The notes under the pieces: model-generated
What the model saw: the letters and a program-made list of their open reading frames with translations, nothing else
Database searches by the model: none
What the model was told of the DNA's origin: nothing
Shown: positions 21,046-30,227 of the stretch, piece after piece
Layout: each line of letters starts with the position of its first letter
Numbering within the stretch: the first letter of the stretch is position 1
Assembly (NCBI GenBank): GCA_965237955.1
Contig: OZ250169.1
Location: 2,208,001-2,272,000, forward strand
DNA from: Candidatus Marinacidobacterales bacterium
Lineage (GTDB): Bacteria > Acidobacteriota > Vicinamibacteria > Marinacidobacterales > SMYC01
Direction: 5' to 3'
DNA: 64,000 nucleotides
Position numbers and translations under genes: made by a program

Positions 21046-22491
21046 GGAGATGCCCCTGAGATAGTTGAAGGTTAGGAGTGGCGGCTCCTAAGGCCGGGTT
21101 CGATAGAATCCGGCTGTGAAGGAAAAAGAAAGGAGCCACCACGATGGTCAAATTACCAAATCATCGATGCGAAGAACAGGAAGAAGCTTCGAGAGATACT
21201 GAGCTCGAAGGGGCAAGCTCTGTTGCCGTTCTTGGATGCGATTGAGCGAACCGAGATAGCGATCGACGAAGTGATCGACGTTGCTGGCCGAGCGACGATC
21301 GAAGCGGTCTTGGATCTGTCAGCCCAAAGTGTGGCTGGGGAGAAACACCCGGGGAAGAAGGGTAGCGATGTTCGCTGGCACGGCCGGCAGGGTGGCGTAG
21401 TAAGCCTTGCGGAGCGGAAGTTGAGAGTGAGCCGGCCACGTCTGCGGCGTAAGGGAAAGGCAGAGGGAGGGGAGGTTGCGATTCCTGCCTACGAAGCGGT
21501 GAACAACTCGTCTCGGCTGAGCCAACGCATCTGGGAAATCCTGATGCTGGGTGTGTCGACGCGCAAGTACGCGTCGGTTCTTCCCGAGATGGCGGAGACG
21601 GTAGGGGTTAGCAAGAGCGAGGTGAGCCGTGAGTTCGTGGAAGCAAGCGCGGAGCAGTTGCAGGGGCTGATGGAGCATCCGCTGGACGAGCTGGAGATCG
21701 CGGTCGTGTACCTGGACGGGATTCGCTTCGGCGAGCACCACGCGCTGGCGGCAATCGGCGTAGATACAGAGGGATACAAGCATGTTCTGGGGCTTCGGGA
21801 TGGAGCATCGGAGAACCAGGTAGTGTGCAAGGCGCTGCTGGAGGACCTGGTCGAACGAGGCCTGAGCCCAGAGCGGTGTCGGCTGTTCGTGATCGATGGC
21901 TCCAAGGCGCTACGGGTCGCCGTCGACGCTGTGTTCGGTACCCACAACAAGGTCCAGCGTTGCAGGAAGCACAAGGAGCGCAATGTGCTCGGTTATCTGC
22001 CGCAGGAGCTGAAGCCGCAAGTGCAAGCGAGCCTGCGTTCGGCCTGGCAGCTCCCAGCAAAGAAGGGCAAAGCGCGGTTGGAGCAACAGGCGAAGTGGCT
22101 CGAGGACGACTACCCCTCGGCGGCGGAGAGCATCCGGGAGGGGCTCGACGAGATGTTCACCATCAACGAGCTCGACCTCCCCGCATCTCTGAAACGCTGC
22201 CTTGGATCGACGAACATCATCGAGTCGTGCTTCAGCGGTGCGCGAGGTCGTACCCGTCGCGTCACCCGCTGGCGCAATGGCAAGATGGTTCTGAGATGGG
22301 CCGCTTCGGCTCTGCTCGCCACGGAGAAAAATTTCCGTCGTATCATTGGATACCAATCGCTACCGATCCTCGAAGCGAAGTTAGCGGAGGTCACTGAGAA
22401 TCAAGCGCTCGACAAGCACGCCAAAGTCGGGTAAACCATGTGTCAGGAGCCGCCACCACCTCGAACCTTCAACTATGGTGGGGGCACCTCC
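21046..22491 (+). mobile_element. IS256-family insertion sequence (1446 bp) with 8-bp TSD TGATTCTG
   Basis: IRs GGAGATGCCCCtgagATAGTTGAAGGTT / GGAGGTGCCCCcaccATAGTTGAAGGTT. Direct repeats at 21038-21045 and 22492-22499. Confidence 0.95.
21223..22434 (+). CDS. IS256-family (Mutator-like) transposase
   Basis: GVSTRK, YLDGI, VIDGSKAL, QRCRKHKERN and STNIIES motifs. Confidence 0.93.
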   Translation: MPFLDAIERTEIAIDEVIDVAGRATIEAVLDLSAQSVAGEKHPGKKGSDVRWHGRQGGVVSLAERKLRVSRPRLRRKGKAEGGEVAIPAYEAVNNSSRLSQRIWEILMLGVSTRKYASVLPEMAETVGVSKSEVSREFVEASAEQLQGLMEHPLDELEIAVVYLDGIRFGEHHALAAIGVDTEGYKHVLGLRDGASENQVVCKALLEDLVERGLSPERCRLFVIDGSKALRVAVDAVFGTHNKVQRCRKHKERNVLGYLPQELKPQVQASLRSAWQLPAKKGKARLEQQAKWLEDDYPSAAESIREGLDEMFTINELDLPASLKRCLGSTNIIESCFSGARGRTRRVTRWRNGKMVLRWAASALLATEKNFRRIIGYQSLPILEAKLAEVTENQALDKHAKVG

Positions 22492-23069
22492 TGATTCTGA
22501 ACGCACAGGCAGCATGGGTGGCCATCTTTCCGAAGACCCAGCCCGAAACGACGGGTATCGTCTACGTCTTCGAATCGATCAGCTCGAGCTACATGGCGAC
22601 ACGAAGCGACGAGTTCCGGGTGCCGGTGCGACCGGCGGGCCAGTGCGACAACCCGGCCGCTGTTATTTATACAGGCGCCAACCCGAACATCGCTCTCGGG
22701 TCAACGAGCGGGACGCCGTTGGCCCCCGGGTTCCAAGCTTCGGGCATCAGCTCGGTCATCGGCCCCACGGGCATCACCAGCGCTGCCACCGGCGGAGGCG
22801 GTGTCAGCGGACGCACGCTCGCACTCATCGGCGGCACCGGGGGTGCGGCCGCGTTCTTCGCTTTCAGCGGGGGCGACGGCGAAACGACCATCCCCTCGGA
22901 CGGGATCGGCGGCATCTCCACGACCGCGGGCACAACCACGACGACGGTGAGCGGAGGCGGGCCAACGTCCACGACGACGACCGCGACCGCCGGCGGAACG
23001 ACGACATCGATACCCAGTGGCGGAACCACAACAACAGCCGGCGGCGGCGGAAGCACGACAACCGGCGGG

Positions 23070-23123
23070 ACGACCTCCGTCCCGACGACCTCCGTCCCGA
23101 CGACCTCTGTCCCGACGACCTCA
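23070..23123 (+). repeat. 15-bp coding tandem repeat (TTSVP, ~3.6 copies)
   Basis: ACGACCTCCGTCCCG x2, then ACGACCTCTGTCCCG, then a partial copy. Confidence 0.85.
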
Positions 23124-24042
23124 ATCGCGACCACCACGACGGTTGGAGGCGCGGTTATGCGGCTGGACTCGATTACGGTCAGCCCGTTTGGGCCAGGAAT
23201 ATGGACATTCGACGTCGACGTGACCAACCTGGGGCCGGCCACCGCCCCAAATGTGCTACTCACGTTCAGCCTACCCCCCGCAGATAGGTTTCTCGGAGGC
23301 GCCCCGGGCTGCGTCGGCGGCCTCGGTTTCGGGCAGTGCAGCATCGGTAGCCTTGGAAGCGGCGGGAGCGCATCAAGGGCGCCCGAGCTACAGCTCAACG
23401 GCGGCGGGTCGCACAGGATCACCGGCGGCGGCGGCGGCGGCGGCGGCACGACGGATCCGAACACGGGAAACAACCAGGCCTCGGTGACCGTCAGCACTCT
23501 CCGAACGACGGACGGTACCGCTCCAGTGGCAGCCATTCGGAGCACGATTGATGTTCGCCCGCTGGACGGGCACGTCCGAGCACGGATCACCGTCAACGAC
23601 ACCGGGTCGGAAGAAACGAGCAACTCCGGCCCCCGTCTTCACAGGTTCACGGCCCAAAGTGGAGAGAACCTCGCCGAGGCTCAAGTCGAGCTCGGAGCAG
23701 AGGATTCCGGGACCTGGCGGTTCGATTTCAGCCCCACGGAGACCCTTGTACCCGGGAGCCTGCAGGTCCTGTTCGGCCAAGCCATCGCTCAGAACGGGAG
23801 CTCCATCACCTTTAGGCTCGAGGGTGGGGCGATCCGGCTCCGATTCACGTTCGAGCTCTCTGAAGGAACCCGTTGATTCCTTTGGAGTTCTCTCTCCAAC
23901 GACGATCGCACGGTTAGCAACCGCTTCCTCGGGACAGCTTCGGCGCCGGTCGGGCGGGGACCGTCGGACTTCCTTACGATCCGGCGGGCAGGCTCCGAAC
24001 CCATTGACACCTAAGCTGATACAGTGCGAGGCGGTAACCTGG

Positions 24043-24061
24043 GTGTCGACCTACTTGACAC
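24043..24061. promoter_or_regulatory. Candidate enhancer-binding-protein site (TGT-N11-ACA)
   Basis: gTGTCGACCTACTTGACAc lies about 110 bp upstream of a sigma54 promoter. Confidence 0.6.
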
Positions 24062-24168
24062 AAAAGGAGGGACAAGGCACGTCTTCGCCATCACCCCCAA
24101 CAGCGACGAGTCTTTCAACAATTACAAACTAAATGGTTTATACGCAAGAGAAGCTTCCGCGAGCCCGC

Positions 24169-24184
24169 TGGCACCATACTTGCT
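24169..24184 (+). promoter_or_regulatory. Sigma54 (-24/-12) promoter
   Basis: TGGCAC-CATAC-TTGCT has exact consensus spacing and lies 47 bp before the PEP-CTERM start. Confidence 0.8.
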
Positions 24185-24231
24185 AAAGAGATAGTTAGCT
24201 CACAAGGGTAACCGAAGGAGACAGGAAACCA

Positions 24232-24915
24232 ATGAACTACACAGACACTAAATCGTCGTTACCGGGGCTAATCGGCGTGATCGCCGCCGCCTGTTTGCTG
24301 ACCGCAGTGCCGATGGAAGGCGCGAACCTTATCTTCGACCAAATCAACAATGACGGAACGCTGTCGTACGATGGTTTGGGGGGAGCCCTCGTCGGAACCG
24401 ACATCGTCTTCGAGTCGATTCGGGGCGTGGGAACGGACAATGACACCACGATCGATTGCGACGGCTGCCTTCTCAATTTCAGGACTGGTTCCAACATCGG
24501 CGACGTTGGCGGAGTCTACACTTTCTCTCACTTCGGGTCGTCGTTCACGCTCGTCGGTGGAAGCATCCTCGGCGGCATCCCCGGTGGTACCACGCTCTTG
24601 GAAGGCCGCTTCACACGTACAGTTAACGTGACTGTTTTTGGCGAAAGCGTGCTGATCATGACGGGTAGCGGCGAGGACGAAAAGGACCCGGACCTTATCG
24701 ACTTTTTCTTCGATGGGGCTCCGGAGAATTTCATATTCGTCGATAGCGTGATTCAGATCAGCGGCATTACGGTCGGACCAGGCACGGCGTTTAGCGCGGA
24801 CCTCGCAGAAGGGGGCAACGCGGACCTCATCAACTCGGTCCCCGCGCCGGGTACGACCGCTCTGTTCCTGCTCGGATTGAGTGGCCTCGCCGCCTATCGA
24901 CGTCGTCGGAACTGA
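24232..24915 (+). CDS. PEP-CTERM sorting-domain protein
   Basis: Signal peptide and the C-terminal VPAPGTTALFLLGLSGLAAYRRRRN. Confidence 0.9.
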   Translation: MNYTDTKSSLPGLIGVIAAACLLTAVPMEGANLIFDQINNDGTLSYDGLGGALVGTDIVFESIRGVGTDNDTTIDCDGCLLNFRTGSNIGDVGGVYTFSHFGSSFTLVGGSILGGIPGGTTLLEGRFTRTVNVTVFGESVLIMTGSGEDEKDPDLIDFFFDGAPENFIFVDSVIQISGITVGPGTAFSADLAEGGNADLINSVPAPGTTALFLLGLSGLAAYRRRRN

Positions 24916-24921
24916 GCCGTT

Positions 24922-25575
24922 CTAAGCACCGCGCAAGGCTCCGCCCCTCCGGGGGGCGGGGCCTTTCGTCGTTTCGGGCCGGCTCACATGATCGCTATCC
25001 GGCGTGAAGAACCGGAGTTTTTTACGGGACCATTCCCTCGCATAGTCCACGCCGACGCGGCGCGCGGCTGCGGTGTTTGGCGCGCGCCTCGTCCGACCTC
25101 GACGAATGTATAACGCCTCGCTCGTGACGAGGTCCGCTCCATCGAGACTTCGATCGATGGCGAGCGCTTGCGCGAGCTTCGCGGGGCCCGAGCAGAGCTC
25201 GGTCTCACGCGCCTTGCCCCGTCGCCGTTTCATCTCTTCAAGCCCTTCCAGGGGCTCGAGAGCGCGGATGAGACACGCGGTAGGCACCTCCTCGTGCTCG
25301 GCGACGACATTGCAGCACCAGTGCATCCCATAGACGAAATAGACGTAGGCGTGGCCGCCGTCGAGCCACATCGAGGCGTTGCGTTTTGTGCGGCGGCCCC
25401 CGTAGCTGTGGGCGGCACGGTCTTTGACGCCTAGGTAGGCCTCGACCTCTACGATGCGACCGGTCAGCTCCTGTCCGTCATCGAGCCGACGGACGAGGAT
25501 TTGGCCCAAAAGCGCCTTGGCGAGCCTCACGGGGTCGCGTCGGTAGAAACGGCGCGTCAGCCTCTCGCCCGTCAT
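24922..25575 (-). CDS. mpg: DNA-3-methyladenine glycosylase (MPG/AAG family)
   Basis: GRIVEVEAYLG, DRAAHS, YVYFVYGMHWC-NVV, LIRALEP and GPAKL motifs. Confidence 0.93.
   Translation of the reverse strand: MTGERLTRRFYRRDPVRLAKALLGQILVRRLDDGQELTGRIVEVEAYLGVKDRAAHSYGGRRTKRNASMWLDGGHAYVYFVYGMHWCCNVVAEHEEVPTACLIRALEPLEGLEEMKRRRGKARETELCSGPAKLAQALAIDRSLDGADLVTSEALYIRRGRTRRAPNTAAARRVGVDYAREWSRKKLRFFTPDSDHVSRPETTKGPAPRRGGALRGA
24935..24974 (+). terminator. Rho-independent terminator
   Basis: AAGGCTCCGCCCC-loop-GGGGCGGGGCCTT followed by TCGTCGTTT, just after the PEP-CTERM stop. Confidence 0.7.
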
Positions 25576-26783
25576 GGGGCGAGCGAACGGGCGGCGGTGA
25601 GGGCGTAGACGACCGCAACGTCCTCGAGGTCTCGACGCTTGATGAATTCCTTGGGGCCGTGAGCCACGGAGAGGAGGCCTGGGCCGTAGGCGAACGCCGG
25701 TACCCCGCGTTCCGCGTAGAAACGGATCTCGAGAATACCGGGACAGAGCTCGAGTCGGGCGGGCTCGCCGCGAACTTCGGCGATGGCTTCCCGGACAACG
25801 GCGGCGGCGGGGTCGGACTCGGATACGCCCGCGAGGCGGGTTTCCTGGAAGACGTCGACTTCGACGTCTCCGTCGGTGGAGTGGATCGCATCCAGGAGTC
25901 GCTTTTTCTCGGTGTCGAAATCCTCTTCGGGGTTGATGCGACGATCGACGCTGAACGTGACGCTCTCGGGAACGACGTTGAAGTTCGCGCCGCCGGAGAC
26001 TTCGCCTCCCATCATCAAGATGGAGCGGCGGGCGTCTCCCGGCTCGATGGTATAGCTAGTCAGGCGTTCGTGCACTTCGCGCTCGAGCGCGCGGAGCGCG
26101 CCCGCCACCGCGAGCATGTGCTCGAAGGCGTTGATGCCACGGTAGGCGAGCCCCACGTGGGACTGGCGGCCGCGAACGGTGATGCGGCAGGTGATGGCGC
26201 CGCGCCAGGTGTGCCACACGACTCCGCCCGTCGGCTCTGCCGTGATCATCGCGACGGCGTCTTCGCCGACGAGACGGCCTCTCTCGGTCAGGACGTGCGA
26301 TCCGAGCGCACCACCGGTCTCCTCGTCGGGGACGACCTGCAGCGCGATCCGGCCATTCAGCAGCGCTCCGATCTCCCTGAGGGCCCACATGGCGTAGATC
26401 ATCGAGACGAGGCCGCCCTTCATGTCCGTGGAACCCCGGCCGAAGATCGTGTCGTCGGTGACGCGCGGTGTGAACTGATCCCGCGATTGCGCGGGCACGA
26501 CGTTGTAGTGCCCGTGGAAGTAAATAGTCGGAGAGGACTCGCCAAGCGCGGCGCGTAGCCAGAAGCGTGGGTGCTCCGGGTCCGCGTCGCCTCCGGGGAC
26601 GGGCTCGATCCGGCTTTCGAATCCGATCGCGTTCACGCGTTCGCCGAGAAGCCGAACGCAACGCTCGTAGTCGCGGCCGGGTGGGTTCTCGGTAGCGATG
26701 GCGAGGAGCGCGGCGGTGAGCTCCGCCATCTCATCTTGGCGCGACTCAATTGCCCGTTTCAGTTGTTCGAGCACCTCAAACAT
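25572..26783 (-). CDS. M20/ArgE-DapE-family metallopeptidase/deacylase
   Basis: FHGHYNVVP, GRGSTDMKGG, PDEETGG, AEPT and AHGPKE motifs. Start codon is uncertain. Confidence 0.88.
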   Translation of the reverse strand: MFEVLEQLKRAIESRQDEMAELTAALLAIATENPPGRDYERCVRLLGERVNAIGFESRIEPVPGGDADPEHPRFWLRAALGESSPTIYFHGHYNVVPAQSRDQFTPRVTDDTIFGRGSTDMKGGLVSMIYAMWALREIGALLNGRIALQVVPDEETGGALGSHVLTERGRLVGEDAVAMITAEPTGGVVWHTWRGAITCRITVRGRQSHVGLAYRGINAFEHMLAVAGALRALEREVHERLTSYTIEPGDARRSILMMGGEVSGGANFNVVPESVTFSVDRRINPEEDFDTEKKRLLDAIHSTDGDVEVDVFQETRLAGVSESDPAAAVVREAIAEVRGEPARLELCPGILEIRFYAERGVPAFAYGPGLLSVAHGPKEFIKRRDLEDVAVVYALTAARSLAP

Positions 26784-26801
26784 CCTACCCCAGCCCGCCA
26801 C

Positions 26802-27966
26802 ATGAGACTTCGAAGCTTCGGTCCCGGCCTTCTCGTTGCTGCCGCGTTCATCGGGCCCGGAACGATCGTCACGGCATCACGCGCGGGCGCGAGCTACGGA
26901 ACCGCGCTTCTCTGGGCGGTGGTCTTCTCGGTCATCGCGACGGCCGTTTCGAAGGAGATGGCCGCGCGGGTCGGGCTCGTAACCCGGAAGGGGTTGAGCG
27001 AAGCGATCCGGGAGAGTTTCTCGGAACCCGTTGTTCGGTTCCTTTCTCTCGGCCTGGTCGCCGTCGCGATTACGCTTGGAAACGCCGCGTACGAAACGGG
27101 GAATCTACTCGTCGCTTCCCTCGGTCTCGAGATTTTGAGTGGCGTCTCACGCAAGCCCTGGGTTTTCGTCATCGCGGCCGCCGCATTCGCGATCTTGATG
27201 AGCGGCACGTACCGGATCATCCAACGTGTCCTCGTCGGGCTCGTCGTGCTCATGAGCTTCGTGTTTCTCGTGACGGCCATCCTGGTGAAGCCCTCTGTTG
27301 CCGAGCTCGCCCACGGTTTGATCCCATCGGTGCCCGACGGCTCCCTCCTCACGATCCTCGCGCTCATCGGAACCACGGTCGTGCCGTACAACCTGTTTCT
27401 TCACGCGAGCACGGTGCAGGAGAAATGGCCGGACGAGTCATCCACAGAACAGGCGCTCGCGGAGTCGCGGATGGACACCACTCTTTCGGTTGCCCTCGGC
27501 GGGCTTGTCACGATCGCCGTCGTCGTGAATGCCACACCGCTCGACGACATCGCGAGCCTGGGTCCGTGGGCTCGGTCCTTCTTCGAAGCTCGGGCCCTTC
27601 GTAGCCGGCCTCACGAGCGCCATCACGGCACCTCTCGCGGCCGCTTACGCGACGTCCGGCGCACTCGGCTGGGAGCACGACCTGAAAGCGATCCGCTTCC
27701 GCGCGGTTTGGGGTTTCGTCATCGTCACCGGCTTCGTCCTCGCGCTCGTCGGCCGAAGCCCAACCGAAGCCATCGTGCTCGCACAGGCAGCGAACGCCCT
27801 TCTGCAACCTCTGATTGTGGTCTTCCTGCTGTTCGTCGTGAACAACGCGAACCTGATGGGCTCGTTCCGAAATCGCGCGCTGGCGAATCTGCTCGGGGTC
27901 ATCGTGGTCCTGGTGGTAGCGGGGCTCGGCGTCTACCAACTAATGCGAGTCTTTGGTCTGGTGTAA
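26802..27966 (+). pseudogene. NRAMP-family (YcsG-like) transporter with a frameshift/deletion near 27590
   Basis: GPGLLVAAAFIGPGT and IGTTVVPYNLFLH are present. The C-terminal half (AGLTSAITAPLAAAYA...AQAANALL) is in another frame. Confidence 0.8.
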
Positions 27967-28746
27967 CCAGCGGCCTTCCATGCCCCCTGCAATCGGCATG
28001 ATCGTTGCGCTCAAATGCCCGGCAAGCACCGGCGACGTCAAGAACACGATCGCGCGCGCCACGTCTTCGGGCTGAGCGATCTTGCGAAGTGCCATCGTCG
28101 CGGTGACGCGCGGGATCGCGGTGGGATCTTCCATCGAAGCTGCGGCCATCGGAGTGTCGACCCACCCGGGACACACGCAATTCACTCGACCCCTCGGCGC
28201 GATGCGTACGATCTCGTTCTTCAAGCTTCGCGTCATCCCGTAGGCCATCGCCGCTTTGGCTGCCGAGTAATCGGTGTGATTCTCTTCCCCGAAAAGCGCG
28301 GCGGTGGAGGCGACGAGAACGATCGACGCGTCGTCCCGCGGCACGTCCGCGAGGTGACGCAGGAACCCGCGGCACGAAAGAAACGCCCCAGTGAGGTCGG
28401 TGTCCATCGTACGTCGCCATTGCTCGAGCGTCATCGCGTGTAGCGGCACTTCATCAGCTATCCAAATGCCGGCGTTGACGACGAGAGCGTCGAGCCGCGA
28501 GAGCTTCCCGAGAGCCACCGCGTACATCGCCTCGACAGATCTCTCGTCGGAAACGTCGGCCTGGACGAGCAGGGTCTCCCCGCCGAGCTCTCTCGCGAGC
28601 GCCTCGGCAGCCTCTCGGTTGGAGTTGTAGTGAAGCACGAGCCGCGCCCCCTCCTCGGCGAACGCACGCGCCGTTTCCGTACCGATCCCACCCGACGCCC
28701 CCGTAACGAGTACGACTTGCCCTTCCAAACCGCTTCGCATCATCAA
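27940..28746 (-). CDS. Short-chain dehydrogenase/reductase
   Basis: TGASGGIG, NAG, YSAAK and VNCVCPGWVDT motifs. Confidence 0.92.
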   Translation of the reverse strand: MMMRSGLEGQVVLVTGASGGIGTETARAFAEEGARLVLHYNSNREAAEALARELGGETLLVQADVSDERSVEAMYAVALGKLSRLDALVVNAGIWIADEVPLHAMTLEQWRRTMDTDLTGAFLSCRGFLRHLADVPRDDASIVLVASTAALFGEENHTDYSAAKAAMAYGMTRSLKNEIVRIAPRGRVNCVCPGWVDTPMAAASMEDPTAIPRVTATMALRKIAQPEDVARAIVFLTSPVLAGHLSATIMPIAGGMEGRWLHQTKDSH

Positions 28747-29004
28747 CTCCTTGTCGCCACATCATACTCGGGACCGCCCGTAGGGGTTTCCCCACAACCT
28801 TTCGTTGGGAAACTCCCCTGCTCTCGCTCACAGCTTCGAAGCCGAGCCTCGACTAGAGTGGTTTCACTTTGACGATTCTCTTCGTAGTCGGCGTGCTCGG
28901 ATTCTTCGTCCTGGGATGCTGTGCATGGATGGCCGTAGTCCCGCTCATTCGGAGCTTTTCCGAGTAAGAGACGACTCCTTCGATCCCTGCCCAGGAGGCA
29001 AGGC

Positions 29005-29505
29005 ATGTGGAGAAAAAATGAGGCCAACGACTCTTCAGTACGTCGTGCTACGCATCCGAAAGTGCCGAAAGTGGCGAAAGTGGCGACACCGGCGCCCCCA
29101 GCGACGCCCGCCCGTATCGCTCATATCGGGGGGAGCGTCTCGATCAAAGGCGACCTCTACGGCGAAGAAGATCTCTTCATCGAAGGACGGATCGAAGGTA
29201 AGATTACCGTCAAGAAGGGCAGCGTGACGGTAGGAGAGAAGGGCCGCGTGCAGGCGGATATCAAGGCGACGAATATTCAAGTCGCCGGCGAGGTCGAGGG
29301 AGACCTGACGGGGCGAGAACAGGTCGTGCTTCTCGAGACCGGACGCGTGCACGGCAATATCAAAGAAAAGAAGGTCACGCTCCAAAATGGCGCGCAGTTC
29401 AAAGGCAGCATCGACATGGAATCCGCGGGCGGTGGCCAGGAGTCGCAAGCAAGCGGAGCCGTTTCCGGCAAAGCCAACGGGGCGAGCGCAACCCAGAGAC
29501 TTTGA
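29005..29505 (+). CDS. Bactofilin (polymer-forming cytoskeletal protein)
   Basis: IGGSVSIKGDLYGEEDLFIEGRIEG...GAQFKGSIDM beta-helix core; RBS AGGAGG. Confidence 0.92.
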   Translation: MWRKNEANDSSVRRATHPKVPKVAKVATPAPPATPARIAHIGGSVSIKGDLYGEEDLFIEGRIEGKITVKKGSVTVGEKGRVQADIKATNIQVAGEVEGDLTGREQVVLLETGRVHGNIKEKKVTLQNGAQFKGSIDMESAGGGQESQASGAVSGKANGASATQRL

Positions 29506-29510
29506 AAACC

Positions 29511-30227
29511 ATGAGATCGTTTTTTAGTGAATCCAACCGGGCGACTTCCCGAAAAGGCCACGCCAAGACCAGCCAAAAATCACTCGGGCTCCGTAGTCTC
29601 TTACCGGAATCCGAAGACGCAACGCTCAAAGTGCTCGACCTCGGTCCCGCGCGCTCCGCGAACCTCGAGTTTTTTTCTCGTTATGGAGGACAGCTGACAG
29701 TTGCCGACTTCTACAGCGGCTTACGCTCCGCGCGCGCAGCCACCACGAGCGAAGACGACGATCGGAAGGCCAAGGCGTTTGCCGAGCTTCTCCCGTTCGA
29801 CAAGTCGACGCGGTTCGATTTGATCCTCGCGTGGGATTTACTGAACTACTTGACGCCCCAAGAGCAACACTTGCTCATGGCGAGCCTCGAGCCGTTTTGC
29901 ATGGCGGGAACGGGAATCCTCGCGTTCGTGTCGACACAAAAAGAAATGCCTCCGGCACCGTCCACGTATTCGATTCGGGACGCGGACACGCTCGTCTACG
30001 AGGAGCGCGAAGGACGCGCGCGACCGTGTCCGCGCTATCTCGAAGGTGATCTGCTCAAGCGTATGCAGGGACTGACGGTCGAAAACCGCGTCCAACTGAG
30101 AAACGGAATGCTCGAGTACGTGTTCTCGTACCGGATGAGCTCGCGCACCGTCGCGAAGGCGTCTAGCGAAGCGCGCCGTTATCGGTTGGATCCGGCGCCT
30201 CGATGGAGCTCAACACCTTCCCGATAA
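29511..30227 (+). CDS. SAM-methyltransferase-like protein downstream of bactofilin
   Basis: VLDLGP and FDLILAWDLLNYL motifs. Confidence 0.65.
   Translation: MRSFFSESNRATSRKGHAKTSQKSLGLRSLLPESEDATLKVLDLGPARSANLEFFSRYGGQLTVADFYSGLRSARAATTSEDDDRKAKAFAELLPFDKSTRFDLILAWDLLNYLTPQEQHLLMASLEPFCMAGTGILAFVSTQKEMPPAPSTYSIRDADTLVYEEREGRARPCPRYLEGDLLKRMQGLTVENRVQLRNGMLEYVFSYRMSSRTVAKASSEARRYRLDPAPRWSSTPSR

Larger units (their letters stand above)
20770..23876 (+). pseudogene. Thr/Gly-rich secreted/surface protein with a DUF11-like Ig domain, interrupted by IS256
   Basis: WHFVPMIL (to 21045) rejoins NAQAAWVAIFP (from 22500) in frame, giving ~550 aa. Contains VTNLGPATAPNV...DPNTGNNQASVTV. Confidence 0.82.

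Noticed and set aside
23070-23123. Possible CRISPR or non-coding repeat array
   Set aside because: It is a spacerless in-frame coding repeat. No CRISPR array or cas gene was seen anywhere in the window.
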